From Amoeboaphelidium occidentale (lineage: Eukaryota): a DNA stretch of 64,000 bases. Where the stretch lies: assembly GCA_023515795.1 (NCBI GenBank), contig JALGPX010000014.1:1-64000 (forward strand). The letters run 5' to 3'. Position numbers and translations under genes: made by a program. This document shows positions 22,096 through 35,600 of the stretch, piece by piece. The notes beneath the pieces are model-generated. The model was not told the DNA's origin. It saw only the letters and a program-made list of their open reading frames with translations, and did no database searches. Every line of letters starts with the position of its first letter. The first letter of the stretch is position 1.

Positions 22096-25000
22096 ATGTT
22101 TTTCAGTGGAAAGAAGAAGGCAGCTGCAGCAGGGCAAGCTACAACGAGTGCCACTTCACTCAAAGAAAGCAGTCCGGAGCATGTGGATCCATTAAGTGTG
22201 GAGGTCAAGCGGTCTGCTAAAGATTTACGTCAACAGCCAATGCTACCAAGCCCACTTTCACAATCTACGAAAGATCTCACGTTTATTGAGCCACCAGAGA
22301 AAGCAGATAAGCAACAGACATCGAGTGCATTTAGCGCCGAGGGATCGCCTCAAAGGCGTTCCTTCTTTGGAAAGAAGTTATCACTGTCGAATAGCAACAG
22401 GAATAGCGGAGAAGTGCCGTCGAGTTTTTTCGAAACTTTCTTGGGAATGGTAAAGGTATCGTCGCCACTGTCGGGATCAGGAGTCGTGGGACCAGAAGAT
22501 GACGTAGACACTCAAGGTGAAAGTCCTCTGTCGAAATCCAAGGCTTCGGACAGTTATATGGTGAATACATCACTCAGTAGTTTGGATACTTCTATTGCTG
22601 GAACACCTAATGGACCTACTTCACCGCTTGCAGGTTATTCAAATACTATTCGTAGAAGGAAGGATAAATCAAAGACTTCTCTGGCTGCACGAGCATCAAT
22701 TACATCGAGTGCTCTTGATCATGATAACTCGAGTTTATTCACGTCTACACTTGACCAAGATAATTCTAGAGAAGATGAAAGTTTGGACGCAGACGATGAT
22801 TCTGTATTTGGAATATCTGATCAGCTCAAGGAGATTCACTTGTTCGTTAAGTCAAGTCGTGAATCGTCTCCATATAGCTGTTTACCAAAAGCTATGATCT
22901 CTGAAGTTATACGCGATCTAATCAAAGGAGTCCTGGTGCTAGAAACACCTGATTTGCCAGAGGAAGAGAGGAATCCTGATAATTGGAGACTTTGTAAAAT
23001 TGATCGTAATATGCTTGCAACGCGTGTTTGGCTTCAGAATGATGCGTCTTTCGACAGCTACAAAATCAACGACGGAGATGAATTACGGTTGAAGCTAGTA
23101 ACAGAAAAAGATGCTATTAAAATACTCCCTCCTCAAGCATCTGTTGCAATTACTGAAGCCTTTTCATTTGAAGAAAATGTCAAGGATTTCATAGACAGAT
23201 TATTGAGTAAATTGGGAATCAAAGCAGGTAATCAGAAATATGGTTTATACTACAAGAAGATTGGTATCTGGCTTGACGAGAAGCGTACAGTCAACAGCTA
23301 TGAAATTGATCCTGATCATGTTATTGATCTCAGAATAGTGACACAAGAGTTCCTGCTGAGAGTCAATCTACCAGATGCAGAGACCAAATTGACAATTAAA
23401 GTCCTGCCATCTCTGACCGTATTTGACGTTCTTGGCATGTTGGTGTACAATCTGAGTGTTAAACGAATTGCTTTGGATGGTTTTAGAAGAGGAGGCGAGG
23501 ATGTATATACTCCTCCCACATCAAGGACTAAGCCAAGAATTTCTGAATTTCAAGTTTCCAGTGGAAGGAAATTGACAAAGTTCGGCCTTTACCTTCCTTC
23601 AAAAAATATTTGGCTAAATGAATCCAAAGTATTGGAAGATTATAATCTCGCGAAGCAGCCTGATGAAATCCACTTCAAGCCACAGTACCATCCGATAACT
23701 ATCAGTTTGCCGCAGAACATGGCATCCAAAAGAAGTGATTTGTTGCGTGTCCATGGATCGGACGGAAGAATAAGCGCTCAAAATTCAAACTTGGTGCAAG
23801 TGTTTGTTAGTTCCACAAACAAAGTCAAAGATATAACTGATCTTCTTAATATGGACAATCCTGATTATAAGGATTCTCCTATCGCTAAAGAATTTTCATA
23901 CGGACTATTTACTAGAGGTAATGAAAAACTTCGTGATGAAGAGGTTTTTTGGAATCTATTGAAAGATATTTCTCCTCTTGAGATAATCGATTATCGAATG
24001 TTAACAAGAAAAATAACTCTTACTTCTAGCGCAGACTTGGCTGTGAAAGTTGACGTGGATGTTGACTTTTCTAAACCCGTGGAATCCATTATTCCTATTT
24101 TCTGCAGGCGTTTTGGCGTTCTAAGGGAAACAGAGTTTAAACAGGTTCACTTGTTGGGATCCAATGTTCCTCTGGATCTGTTTAAATCTCTGTTACAACT
24201 TAAAATAAGTCCAGAATCGACTTTGGTATTCATGGTTGAGTACGGCCAAACACCTGTAGCGCAAAAAGATGATGATGCCAACGTTTGGAGTGAAGGTGAT
24301 GATTCCACATCAAACATTCAATATGCTGCAGAAGGAGATAAAGTCGTTACTGTTGCGTCTCTTAATAAGCTTATTGAATTGTTGACCTCGGCAGAAGATG
24401 GCTTAGAGTCATCAGCGTACTTGGACTTCATGAAAACCTTCTTGTTGACTTATCAAAGTTTCACAACTCCGTCGGCATTTCTAAAAAAGATTATCGAAAG
24501 ATATCACGTCCCGCGACAGATGTACAAAGGATTGACATTTCAGGAATTCGAGAAAATGAGGACGAAGGTGCAACTCAGATGTTGTAACGTGCTGCAACAA
24601 TGGACAAAGAAGCACTTTTATGACTTTGTTGATTTCTCTGGAACGCTTAGCTCAACTCAAGTGAATGTCAACGGAAACAAGTCACAGCTAGATCAAGACA
24701 GGAAAAAGGAGCAGGCTCTGAACAAGCATTTGTTATTGATCAAGGTTTTGGATTTCGCAGAAAAAGTTATTATTGAAGATCATCCATTGCTGGGTAAGCA
24801 AATTCGTAAGAACGTCCTGCGTCTTCGAGATGGTTCATACATAAGCCAAGCTCAGATGGTACGGCAGTCTTCAGTTAACACACCAAGCCCGAAAAGCCCT
24901 TCGAAGCCGATTACTGTGGGCGAGGACATCAATTTGTTTGCTCTTGAACCAGAGGAACTTGCTCGTCAACTGACAGTTATGGAATTTGACCTTTTCGCTA

Positions 25001-25811
25001 AACTGATGGTAACTTTATCATTTATAGGTGATTAATTTCTGTAGCCATATGAGTTCTTAAATCAAGCATGGACGAAGGGAGATGCCGATGTTAAAGCACC
25101 GAATATTATAAACATCACCAAGCGATTCAACGAAATAGCTTCTTGGGTAGCAAAATCAATTCTGGAGGTCAAAAGTATAAAGAGCAGAGTGAAGAGATTA
25201 ACAAAACTGATTGATGTCGCAGGGGTAAAGTTTACGCTGTATTCGCTTACTTTTAGTATCTTTATATGCAGAATAACTTTGCGACTTTGATGGCGTTCAT
25301 TGCAGGCTTCAACAAGGCTCCTGTAAATCGTCTTAAGTTCACATTCAAAGAGCTATCTGCAAAAAGTCAAAAGAAGTTTTCTGAGCTGGAAAAATTAATG
25401 TCGGCTGAGAGCTCTTATAAACAATACAGAGGCAAGATTCATAGAGTCAACCCGCCTTGTATTCCTTACATCGGTGTATACTTGCTTGACTTGACCTACA
25501 TGGAAGATGGCAATCCAAACAGAATCGGAGATTTGATCAATTTCTCAAAGCGAAGACTCATCAATAATCTCATCCGGGAAGTTCAGCAATATCAGGACCA
25601 GCCTTATGTCGGCTTGCGAAGCTCTGAAGAGATATTGCTGTCGCTAAGCAAAGCCTTTACTATGCCTATTGCAGCTCCCGATGCAATAGTCGGAGAAGGC
25701 CCTACAGGAAAACAGCAATTGTTCCCTTCTGTGAAAGCGTATGAAGACTTTTTATTTCAACTTTCATTAGAAAGAGAGCCCAGAAACTCTGAGCGAAGCC
25801 AACTTCACTAA
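22096..25811 (+). CDS. RasGEF (REM + CDC25) with N-terminal ubiquitin-like/talin-head-like repeats; introns 25009-25044 and 25225-25256
   Basis: ASLNKLIELLT, TFLLTYQSFTTP, ELARQLT, NNFATLMA, PPCIPYIGVYLLDLTYMEDGNP, INFSKRR. Confidence 0.9.
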
Positions 25812-25830
25812 TCCTACTCAATAGACGTCT

Positions 25831-27612
25831 TTACCTCAGTTTAGCGTTCAAGGTCATGTTCTTGTTTATGATCAGGGTTATCGATGCTGCTTCTTTACAA
25901 AATTCTTCCAAAATAATATGGTTTGAGAACCAAAGCGAGAAATCACTATCACCTGGAGCGGGTACATTAGAACTTAGAATTGCAGGAATATCTGTAGCAT
26001 CTGTATCAAAGCTAATCAAGCCCAACTTGTCCCAGACAAGCTCAAATTCTCCATTGCAATGTGATTTAACCGCATCGGCTAGAGCAGAATAGTTTCCGGT
26101 ATCATTCATGAGCGACCGAAGCATATCCATGAACGATTTATGTCTTCCTTCACCCTTCATTAACAGTTGAGTCTGTACATCAGAATCAGGGACCAGCAAT
26201 ACAGTGGCAAGTATTCCAGTTAGAACCAAGTTAGTCTGAACAGAGTTTGAGTAATACTTTTCAAACATTCCGACCACTAAATCCAGAAAGTAGACAGCAA
26301 TTTCTGTCTTTTCCTCATCTGCAAGAGTACTTCTGCCATTTGGATACCAATTGTTGTATGCTTTAAAGGATACTTCACTTCGTTCTAGAGCCAAAGCATA
26401 GTACTCATCAGTCAAGTAAGAGGATGGAAACAACTCAGGATCATATTTGATTTTTTCTTCAAAAGAAGGCAAATTATGGAAAACAAAATATTCATAAGCA
26501 AGCTTGCTAGAGAAAGATTCTAACAAGACACCAAACAAAAGAAGTGTTACAACTCCTGCTCGATTACCTGAAGCAGCAGACGCAATTCTTTTTACAAGAA
26601 CTGAAATAATTTGACCGCCCTTCGAGTTGGGAACATTCTGAATATTCAAATCATGTAAATCGTAATGAAACAAAGATTCCACGATACTATCAATTAAAAG
26701 CTCCACTCTAACAATTTTGAGCAAACCAACAAAGCTTTCGGTCGCAGCAATGATCTCTTCATCGTTAGCACTTAACAGGCGCACAAAAACGACTTCTTTC
26801 ACCACTTTATCCACAAGCTGATTACAAAAGTATTTCTTTAGTCGCTCCATAGATTCGTTACGTTTCAATGTCAACTCAACCAATAGATCTACAGCAAAAG
26901 ACCAAACATCAAAGAAACCATGAGAAGAGAAAGTCTCAGAGCATTTTTGCACAATAGCATCACATATATCGGATTCAATGTAAGAGGGCACCATGTTAGC
27001 AGCCAAACAAACCCCCAAACATAAACTTTCCCTTGCAACATCATCATCGCCCCAAACATATGCCATCAAGATGCTCAACAGATCAAAAGAATCCGACGTA
27101 ATGAATAAATTCAAAAGTGCAGGATTTGCACGCAATTGTCTCAAGAGAACATTAATTAATTTCGTTAAATCTTGGCTGTGCATTTGAGCAGCATGAGCCG
27201 TTGCGATCAGATTCAACAGCGGCAAGCGAACAGATCGCTCCGGAAGTAATCGATGTATCTGATGCAAATTGGACAGCAACAGAGAAAACATTTTCAGCGT
27301 CTCTTTTAACAGACCTCTGGGATTATCACCAAACGAAACCAATTCCTCGAGCATTCTCCGCTCCAGAACTTCACCCATACATTCGCCAGTCATCAATTCA
27401 TCCTTCTCTTCTAAGTATTCCAATTCTTCCTGTTTTATGTACTTCACGATGCTTTCCAGGTGATAGGGTATGTTGGTATCTTCAATGCGATCCGTTGAGC
27501 CAATTGATTGCCTGACATAGTTCCAATGGTCCTTAAGAGTTTCTACTCTGCTTTTTATAACAGCCGTGGCTGATATCGTTTCGCTTACGAGATTCCGAAG
27601 TCTGTTGAACAT
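25831..27612 (-). CDS. FHIP/FAM160 (RAI16-like) Hook-interacting protein
   Basis: IKQEE...GECM..VLERRMLEELV, NS..TNLVLTGIL, NHIILEEFCKE. Confidence 0.7.
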   Translation of the reverse strand: MFNRLRNLVSETISATAVIKSRVETLKDHWNYVRQSIGSTDRIEDTNIPYHLESIVKYIKQEELEYLEEKDELMTGECMGEVLERRMLEELVSFGDNPRGLLKETLKMFSLLLSNLHQIHRLLPERSVRLPLLNLIATAHAAQMHSQDLTKLINVLLRQLRANPALLNLFITSDSFDLLSILMAYVWGDDDVARESLCLGVCLAANMVPSYIESDICDAIVQKCSETFSSHGFFDVWSFAVDLLVELTLKRNESMERLKKYFCNQLVDKVVKEVVFVRLLSANDEEIIAATESFVGLLKIVRVELLIDSIVESLFHYDLHDLNIQNVPNSKGGQIISVLVKRIASAASGNRAGVVTLLLFGVLLESFSSKLAYEYFVFHNLPSFEEKIKYDPELFPSSYLTDEYYALALERSEVSFKAYNNWYPNGRSTLADEEKTEIAVYFLDLVVGMFEKYYSNSVQTNLVLTGILATVLLVPDSDVQTQLLMKGEGRHKSFMDMLRSLMNDTGNYSALADAVKSHCNGEFELVWDKLGLISFDTDATDIPAILSSNVPAPGDSDFSLWFSNHIILEEFCKEAASITLIINKNMTLNAKLR

Positions 27613-27671
27613 TTTGCTGGAGAATCGTTGGCTCGCTTTTCTGAGTGTCGAGTGTCGCAAAAGCAAAAGAA

Positions 27672-29018
27672 ATGGTTCTGACAAAACAACAGCAGCAACA
27701 GCAGCAGGAGGACACCAAAACAGACAAAACAGTAAAGCCTTTACATAAGAAGCTTTCTAACGTTGTCTGCTTTCCCTGTTTAGGTTGGCATTAAGTCATT
27801 TTATAAGCAAAAGATTGAAGAATTGGAGTTCGTCATAAATGATAAGAGCCAAGACTTGAAGAGACTCGAGGCCCAGCGAAACCAGCTGAACTCAAAAGTC
27901 AGGGCATTACGAGAAGAACTCAGTCTGTTGCATGAGCCTGGGTCATATGTCGGTGAAGTTGCCAAGTTGATGGGCAAGAACAAAGTCTTGGTCAAAGTAA
28001 ATCCCGAGGGAAAGTATATTGTAGACTTGGCCTCTAATATTGATCCTACTGAGCTGAAGCCTGGCTTAAGAGTTGCGCTTCGTTCGGACTCTTACACTTT
28101 GCACAAGATACTTCCGTCTAAAGTTGATCCTTTGGTCTCGCTGATGATGGTTGAGAAAGTTCCAGACTCCACTTATGATATGGTTGGTGGTTTAGATAAG
28201 CAAATTAAAGAGATCAAGGAAGTTATTGAGTTGCCTATTAAGCATCCTGAGTTGTTTGAATCATTAGGTATCGAGCAACCAAAAGGTGTTTTACTTTATG
28301 GTCCGCCTGGAACCGGAAAAACTTTGTTGGCTCGTGCGGTTGCTCATCATACAGACTGTCGATTCATTAGAGTCAGTGGTTCTGAGTTGGTTCAGAAGTA
28401 TATCGGAGAAGGAAGCAGAATGGTTCGTGAACTTTTTGTCATGGCTAGGTAAGTTTTAAAAAGTGAACTAGTTCATATTTCATAGAGAACACGCGCCTTC
28501 GATTATTTTTATGGACGAAATTGATTCTATTGGCTCGTCGCGTGGTGATGGTTCAGGTGATAGTGAAGTACAGAGGACAATGTTGGAATTATTGAATCAG
28601 TTGGATGGTTTCGAAGCAACTAAAAACATCAAGGTTTGTTGAAATTCTTATCGAATTTACATTTAAGGTTATTATGGCAACTAACCGTATCGATATTTTG
28701 GACTCAGCATTGTTGAGGCCTGGTCGTATTGATCGTAAGATTGAATTTCCACCTCCAAATGAGGCTGCCCGTGTTGATATCCTTAAAATTCACTCTAGAA
28801 AGATGAACTTGACCCGTGGTATCGATCTTGCAAAGGTTGCTGAGAAGATGTCTGGTTGTAGTGGAGCTGAAGCGAAAGGTGTTTGTACTGAAGCTGGTAT
28901 GTTTGCATTGAGAGAAAGAAGAGTTCATGTAACACAAGAAGATTTCGAAATGGCAGTAGCTAAGGTGATGAAGAAGGATTCTGATGCCAACATGAGTATT
29001 CGCAAGTTATTCAAATAA
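27672..29018 (+). CDS. RPT6: 26S proteasome AAA-ATPase Rpt6/PSMC5; introns 27732-27783, 28449-28485, 28634-28667
   Basis: [32 protein letters not shown], spliced [16 protein letters not shown]. Confidence 0.95.
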
Positions 29019-29129
29019 AGCCGCGATTGCGCGTATAAAAGAATTATCTGAATTGTTAGGAACTCGTACTAAAGAGTTGTACTTCAAACAGGTTTATTTT
29101 TTTGGGTCGGATGAGTTGTTACCATTGAA

Positions 29130-31164
29130 CTACCTTGCTACACCCTCTTTCTTCAATGTGGCTGATTCGATTTGGGCCTTTTCTGGTTCTTGTTTTGGAA
29201 CGTCCTTTCTTGAAGGTCTCCTAATGACTGGCTTGACTTCAGGTTTTGATACAGATGATGAGATCTTTTTTAGAGATGGCTGTCGTTTCACTGTAGCTCC
29301 TTCGGGTTTGTCTTCTTTTTGAGCCGAAGATGTTGTACTAGCGGTGTTAGAGGTAGACAACGCTCCTGCAATAGGAGTAGAAATATTCAGAGTTGATCGA
29401 TCGATACCGCTCTTCTTTGATGTGTTAGCAGCAGAAGGTACCAAAGCTTTGCTGTCTTTAGTGTCGGATGAATTTAGCGCAGAAATGGATGCCTTTTGTG
29501 ACATAAGAAACAATCTTGCTGTACTAGGCGCCTTGAATGCAGGATGAAGACCGGCATTTGCATGGGGCCCATTTTCTAGAGCATCGAAACTTGTTCCAAA
29601 TATTTCTAGTAGCCTTTCCATTTTACCAATCAATCTATCATTCTCGTTCATCAATTCGTCTTGCTCCCGCTGCCACTTCATTTCTTTGGTCTTGTATTCA
29701 TCAACTTGCTTTTTCAATGCGTCCATTTCCTCGGTTGATACTGCTTGTTCAGGTTGAGTGAATGTGACGGGTAATTGTGCTGTTGATTTGCCTGCTAACA
29801 AAATCCTCAAGTTCTCATTTTCAGTTTTGGCGAATTTAAGCTCTCTCTTCAAGTTTGCTATTAGTTCTTCTCTAGGATCCATTTGTACAACTGGTCTGTT
29901 TTGTATCTTCTTGGCCCTCGAGGCATATCGCAGTGTGTTCAATGTTTCATTCACGTTTACCGCACTAGGAGAAACACATGCTACCATAAGAGCTAAACCC
30001 GATCCACCAAGAGAATCGCATAATAACTTTGTAAGCTTTGAGTCTCTGTATGGAACATGCATGGTTGTGTTCTTTTTCTTCATATCTGCCAGAGCTGAAA
30101 TACAATTTCCTAAATAATTAGCAATAATTGACATAATTCTTACCCAGAGTCAATAAAGATTTGTTAATGTTGAGAGTTTCTGTCAAAGTGTCACCCTGTG
30201 CTCTAGATTCCTTGACTTTTTCGCTGCCAGCCAAATCAACAAAGGAGATTTTACCAGTTCGCTTTATAGTTCTACCATCATCTGGGTCTATGGTTTCACA
30301 GTCGATGGTAACAGTCATAAGACCATGAGATCGCGAAGAATGTTCGTTGAGTCTGTGAGATCCGACAGTACGATTCTTCAAACCTTCTTCTAAGACAGCA
30401 AGACAATCATCCAGAACGTCGCACTCTACTACGAACAAGTTTTCAACGTAGAACTTCTTCTCTCTGGAGTATCGTACAGGTAGAGAAGTGCTCGTAGAAT
30501 TGAGAAGATCCTGAACTTGCTCGTTGTAAATCTGCAAATATGACGCATGTATTGTGAACTTGTGACCTTCGGCAGATTTTGCAGTTATCAATTCAAACAG
30601 ATACCTCAGAGATCGCGGTACAATACCCCAATTCTCACTCGAAGATTCGTTAAACCCCATATTCTCTGGTCCCGTTATCGTGAAAGATTTTCCTGCTCCA
30701 GTTTGGCCGTACGCAAAGATTGTTGAAACGTATCCTTCCACGGCCTTCTCAATAAGATTCTTTACTCCAGATTCTTCAAATATCTGTTCTTGGTTTGTAA
30801 CTTCTCCAAAAGTCTTGTGAAATGTCATGGGCTTAACAGGTTTCCCATCAATGATCTTTTGAATTGTAACAGTTTGACCATCATCAGCAGCAAAGGTACA
30901 CTGTCCATCTGATCGATTCCGCTCCAGTGAATTCATCGGTCTTATTCTAACCACGACTCTTATTGTATCCGCGTCTTCGGGATTGATTATAGAGTCAGCT
31001 GTTGAGAATCTAGACATTGATGAATCCGAAGGTGAAGGCAAGATCTTCCTTGATACTGCCGGAGAAGGGCTAGCACTTGCTAGAGGATCACTAAGAGGTT
31101 TATAAGGAAAGTTTGGCTCAGCTGGAGATACAGAGGTTGACTTTGGAAGCCGGGTTTTGGACAT
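29130..31164 (-). CDS. Kinesin, KIF12 (kinesin-16)-like; 34-nt intron 30110-30143
   Basis: [60 protein letters not shown]. Confidence 0.85.
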
Positions 31165-31430
31165 TGAATAGAAACCTATTTTTAAAACTATGATCCAATG
31201 GTCATGGCCTGGAGTTTTACATGACGTATCAACTTTCACGTAGGTTTCGAGTTACTGCTTTTGAATATTATCGCGCAGTAGTAATCGACTTAAGCTGAAA
31301 CTCCTTCAGCTTTCTTTGGAGAAATTGCTCCAATGAGAGGTTCAACAACAAAACCACTTATGTAAAAGAAAACATAACTTTAATTGGTTAAAAAACGAGT
31401 TTTTCTAAGATATGACGCTACAGCGATTAA

Positions 31431-32579
31431 CTAAAAAGTGTTTCCATCTCCATTCTCCGTAAAGTCTGTGTTTCGATTCCAGTCAAAATCTACAGGATTT
31501 ACTCTTCCCACCGTAAGTTGTGCTTCAATTATCGGTTCCTGCATTATAGCGAGACTTATGATTTCGTTCATACTTGGCCGTTTATCAGGATTCTGATTTA
31601 CCATAGAATGAATGAGCGATGCCAGATCCGAACTGAAATTAGACGGAATAGGATCATAAGCAGCCTTCATTATTTTCAGTATGAGTGCAGGCAAGTTCTA
31701 AAGACATCAATAAGACATAATCTACACTTGAAACTTACTGAAGCATCAAAGAGTTTCCGTAAAATTACAATCTCAGCCAAAACACATCCGAGAGCCCAAA
31801 TATCCGATGCTTTGTTATAAGCCTTTCCCTCACAAAGTTCGGGCGATAAATAAGAGGGCGTACCAACAATCTACTAATAAGCAATTACGTATCGGAACAA
31901 TTACAGTTTCAGCTTTCGATTTCGTTGTAAGCACTTTTGATATACCAAAATCCCCAATTTTCAGCACCTTACCGGGCCCAATTCCGGAAATGAGAATATT
32001 AGTCGTTTTAAGATCCCTGTGAAGAATATTGTGCGAATGGACATGATGTAAAGCGAGCGCAAGCTGAGCGAACATGACCAAGATCTCTCGCTCTTCAAGG
32101 TATCCACCCTTCTGATCAGCAATATAGTCATGCAATGTGCCACCTGATAAAATCAATAATCCCAGATACTACAGCGAAATTACCATCAGCGTACTCCATT
32201 ACGATCATAAGGCTTCCAGAGTTAATCACTTCCTCTGTGGAGGACATGGGGTTATCGACGGTAAAGCTGTCAAAGTATGCAATAATGTTGGGGTGCCGTA
32301 ACATGGAAAGGACTTGAATTTCATTCATACTGACCTTCCTGTCCTCCTCAGACATCTCCCTTTGATACAACTCTTTAACCACCACCAGCGAAGAGTCTCT
32401 CTTTCGCCTACACAGCATGGCAACACTACAGACACTTAGAAACTACTGATCATTAAAAGTTTTACCCATGCGCACCCCTGCCCACTATCTTGATTTTCTT
32501 ATACTGGTCTATCTTGCTTAGCTTGTGTTTGGGGCACGAGAAAATTCAGGGGCATCGCCGCAAACATGTCCGCTTTCAT
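31431..32579 (-). CDS. NIMA-related kinase (NEK, NEK8-like kinase domain) with several short introns; start uncertain
   Basis: [70 protein letters not shown]. Confidence 0.85.
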
Positions 32580-32617
32580 TTTTTGGTTCCGCATTTTGAA
32601 ACCTTCTCAGTTAGAAA

Positions 32618-35600
32618 ATGCTTACGTCCAAGGCGGATAACACTGAAGAAACTTTGGCGGCATTCGTCAAAGCTCACGGTGGACATCGCGTTATACGGAA
32701 AATTTTGATTGCGAACAATGGGATTGCTGCTGTGAAGGAAATACGTTCGATTAGACAGTTTGCTTATGAGCAGTTTGGTGATGAGCGCTTGATATCATTC
32801 ACTGCGATTGCAACACCTGAAGATTTAGAAGCCAACGCAGAATACATCCGCATGGCTGACCAGTACGTTGAAGTTCCAGGTGGCGCAAATCATAATAACT
32901 ACGCCAACGTAGATTTGATCAGAGACTTGGCAGAGCGATGCGGCGTCGATGCTGTGTGGGCAGGATGGGGTCATGCGTCTGAGAATCCCAAATTACCTGA
33001 TGCACTTAAGAAAATTGGAGTCGTTTTCATTGGGCCTCCATCCTCAGCTATGCGCTCTCTTGGCGACAAGATATCGTCTACTATTGTTGCACAAAGTGCC
33101 AATGTTCCTGCATTACCTTGGAGTGGTTCATCTGTTGTTTTGCCGCCTGATGTTGAGCGAGGTCCCGATGAGTACGTTACTGTTCCTGAATCGCTTTATA
33201 TGCAGGCATGTGTTCAGGATGTTGATGAAGGTTTGATGCACGCTGAAGAAATTGGATTTCCTGTTATGATAAAGGCATCTGAAGGTGGTGGTGGTAAGGG
33301 TATACGAAAGGTTACGCAAAGAGCGGAGTTTAAACAGGCTTTTGAGCAGTGTTTGAGAGAGGTTCCTGGCTCTCCTATATTCATCATGAAACTAGCTTCT
33401 CATGCGAGACATTTAGAAGTTCAGGTATTGGCTGATGAGTATGGTAATGCAGTCTCTTTGTTTGGTAGGGATTGTTCAGTTCAACGAAGACACCAAAAAA
33501 TCATCGAGGAAGCTCCTGTTACTGTTGCTTCAGAAGAAACCTTCTTAGAAATGGAAAAGGCTGCTGTTAGGCTTGCTAAGATGGTCGGTTATGTAAGTGC
33601 AGGAACTGTTGAATACTTGTATGACACCATCAATGATAATTTCTACTTTCTGGAGTTGAATCCGCGTTTGCAGGTCGAGCATCCATGTACTGAAATTGTC
33701 AGCGGAGTCAACTTGCCTGCCGCTCAATTACAGGTCGCTATGGGTATTCCTTTGAAAAGTATCTGCGATATAAGAAAGTTGTATCAATTGGATGAATTTC
33801 CCGGAGAAGATGTCGATTTTGATCAAATTCACTCTAGTGACTTAAGGCCACATCCTAAAGGCCATGTTATTGCAGCACGTATTACTGCGGAGAATCCTGA
33901 TGCAGGATTCAAACCAAATGGGGGAACAATGCAAGAGTTGAATTTCAGATCAAGTTCTAATGTGTGGGGTTACTTCTCTGTCGGTGTTTCTGGTGGTTTA
34001 CACGAGTTCGCTGACTCGCAGTTTGGTCATTTATTTGCTTATGGAAATGATAGAGAACAAGCCAGGAAGAATCTGATTTTAGCTCTAAAACAACTCTCTA
34101 TTCGCGGTGATTTCAGAACAACAGTGGAATACTTGATCAAATTGTTGCAAACAGATGATTTCTCTCAGAATAGTATTCATACAGGATGGCTAGATGGACT
34201 TATTAAAGCAAATGTTCAAGCCGAGAAGCCTGACAAATTTGTTGCCGTTCTTTGCTGCGCTTTTGGAAAGGCTTACATGGCTTTTACACAGGGAGAAAAA
34301 GACTTTTTAAGCTCTTTGGAAAGAGGACAAGTGGATTCTAAAGACTTGCTCAAACCGGAGATGACTTTTCCAGTGGTTTATGACGGCTACAAGTACAAAA
34401 TGAAAGTAGTTCGAACTTCAGCGGATAGCCTAGCAGCTTCTTTGGATGGAAAATCCAAATTTGTTGAGGTCAAGTGCAAAGCTCTTAGTGACGGCGGAAT
34501 TCTAATGCTTTTTGATAGAAAGAGTCACACTGTATACATAAAGGAAGAAGTGACAGGTACACGGGTCATCATTAATGGCAAAACATGTGTTTTTGAGAAA
34601 GAGAATAATCCTTCCGAACTACGATCTCCGTCGACAGGAAAAATAGTCAAGTTCCGTGTTTCAAATGGGCAACATGTCACTGCCAATACAGCTTACGCTG
34701 AAATGGAAGTTATGAAGATGTGCATGCCTTTGATTACAACTGAACCGGGAAAGATTATGCTCCTTAAACAGGAAGGATCATTAGTTGAAGCTGGTGAATT
34801 AGTAGCTTCGTTAGTTTTGGATGATCCGTCAGGTGTTAAGAGAGCGTTGGATTACAGCGGAGAACTTCCAGACTTCGTCAGCGTTTTCCAAAAAGACGAT
34901 AAGCCGCATATGCTGTTGAAGCAATCTTTAAAGAAGATAAGGTGCGTGATGGAAGGATTTTTCAGTCTGCACAAACCCGGCGTACTTGTGGAGGAACTGT
35001 TTGAAGCTTTGAGAAATCCATCTCTCCCTAACAGTGAATTGGAGAATGTTTTGTCTTCGCTCTCAGGGCGTATCCCAGTTGATTTGGAATTGGCATTAAG
35101 AAGTAAAGTAGTTTCAGCGTCTGGCGCAGTTCTCCCTGTCGCTGAATTGTTGGACATGATTGAGAAGAGGTTGTCCTCGGATAGCGATGGCCAAGTAAAG
35201 GCTTCTCTTGAGCCATTGGTAACTACTTTGAGAAAGTTCCAGAACGGTCCACAAGGACATGAAGAAAGCATCGTTTGTCAGATACTGGAAAATTTCCATG
35301 AAACTCATGAGCAGTTTGATAAGATTTCTACTACAGGAAATGGGAGCTCTGAGAGTTTTGTTACAACTGAAGGCGTGATTTTGATGTTGAAAGAATCTAA
35401 ATTTGATAATGATGCTATTGTAGAGGCGTATCGATCGCATATGAAAGTTCAGACAATTGCATCCTTAGTTATGGACCTGATTTCTAAGATAAGAGTTGTT
35501 CATGGCTCTCAGAATAATGCCGCTTATTTACCTATTTTGAAGAAAATCGCTCAATTGTCTAGTCCAAGTGTCTCTCGCTGTTCACAAAAAGCGAAAGAAC

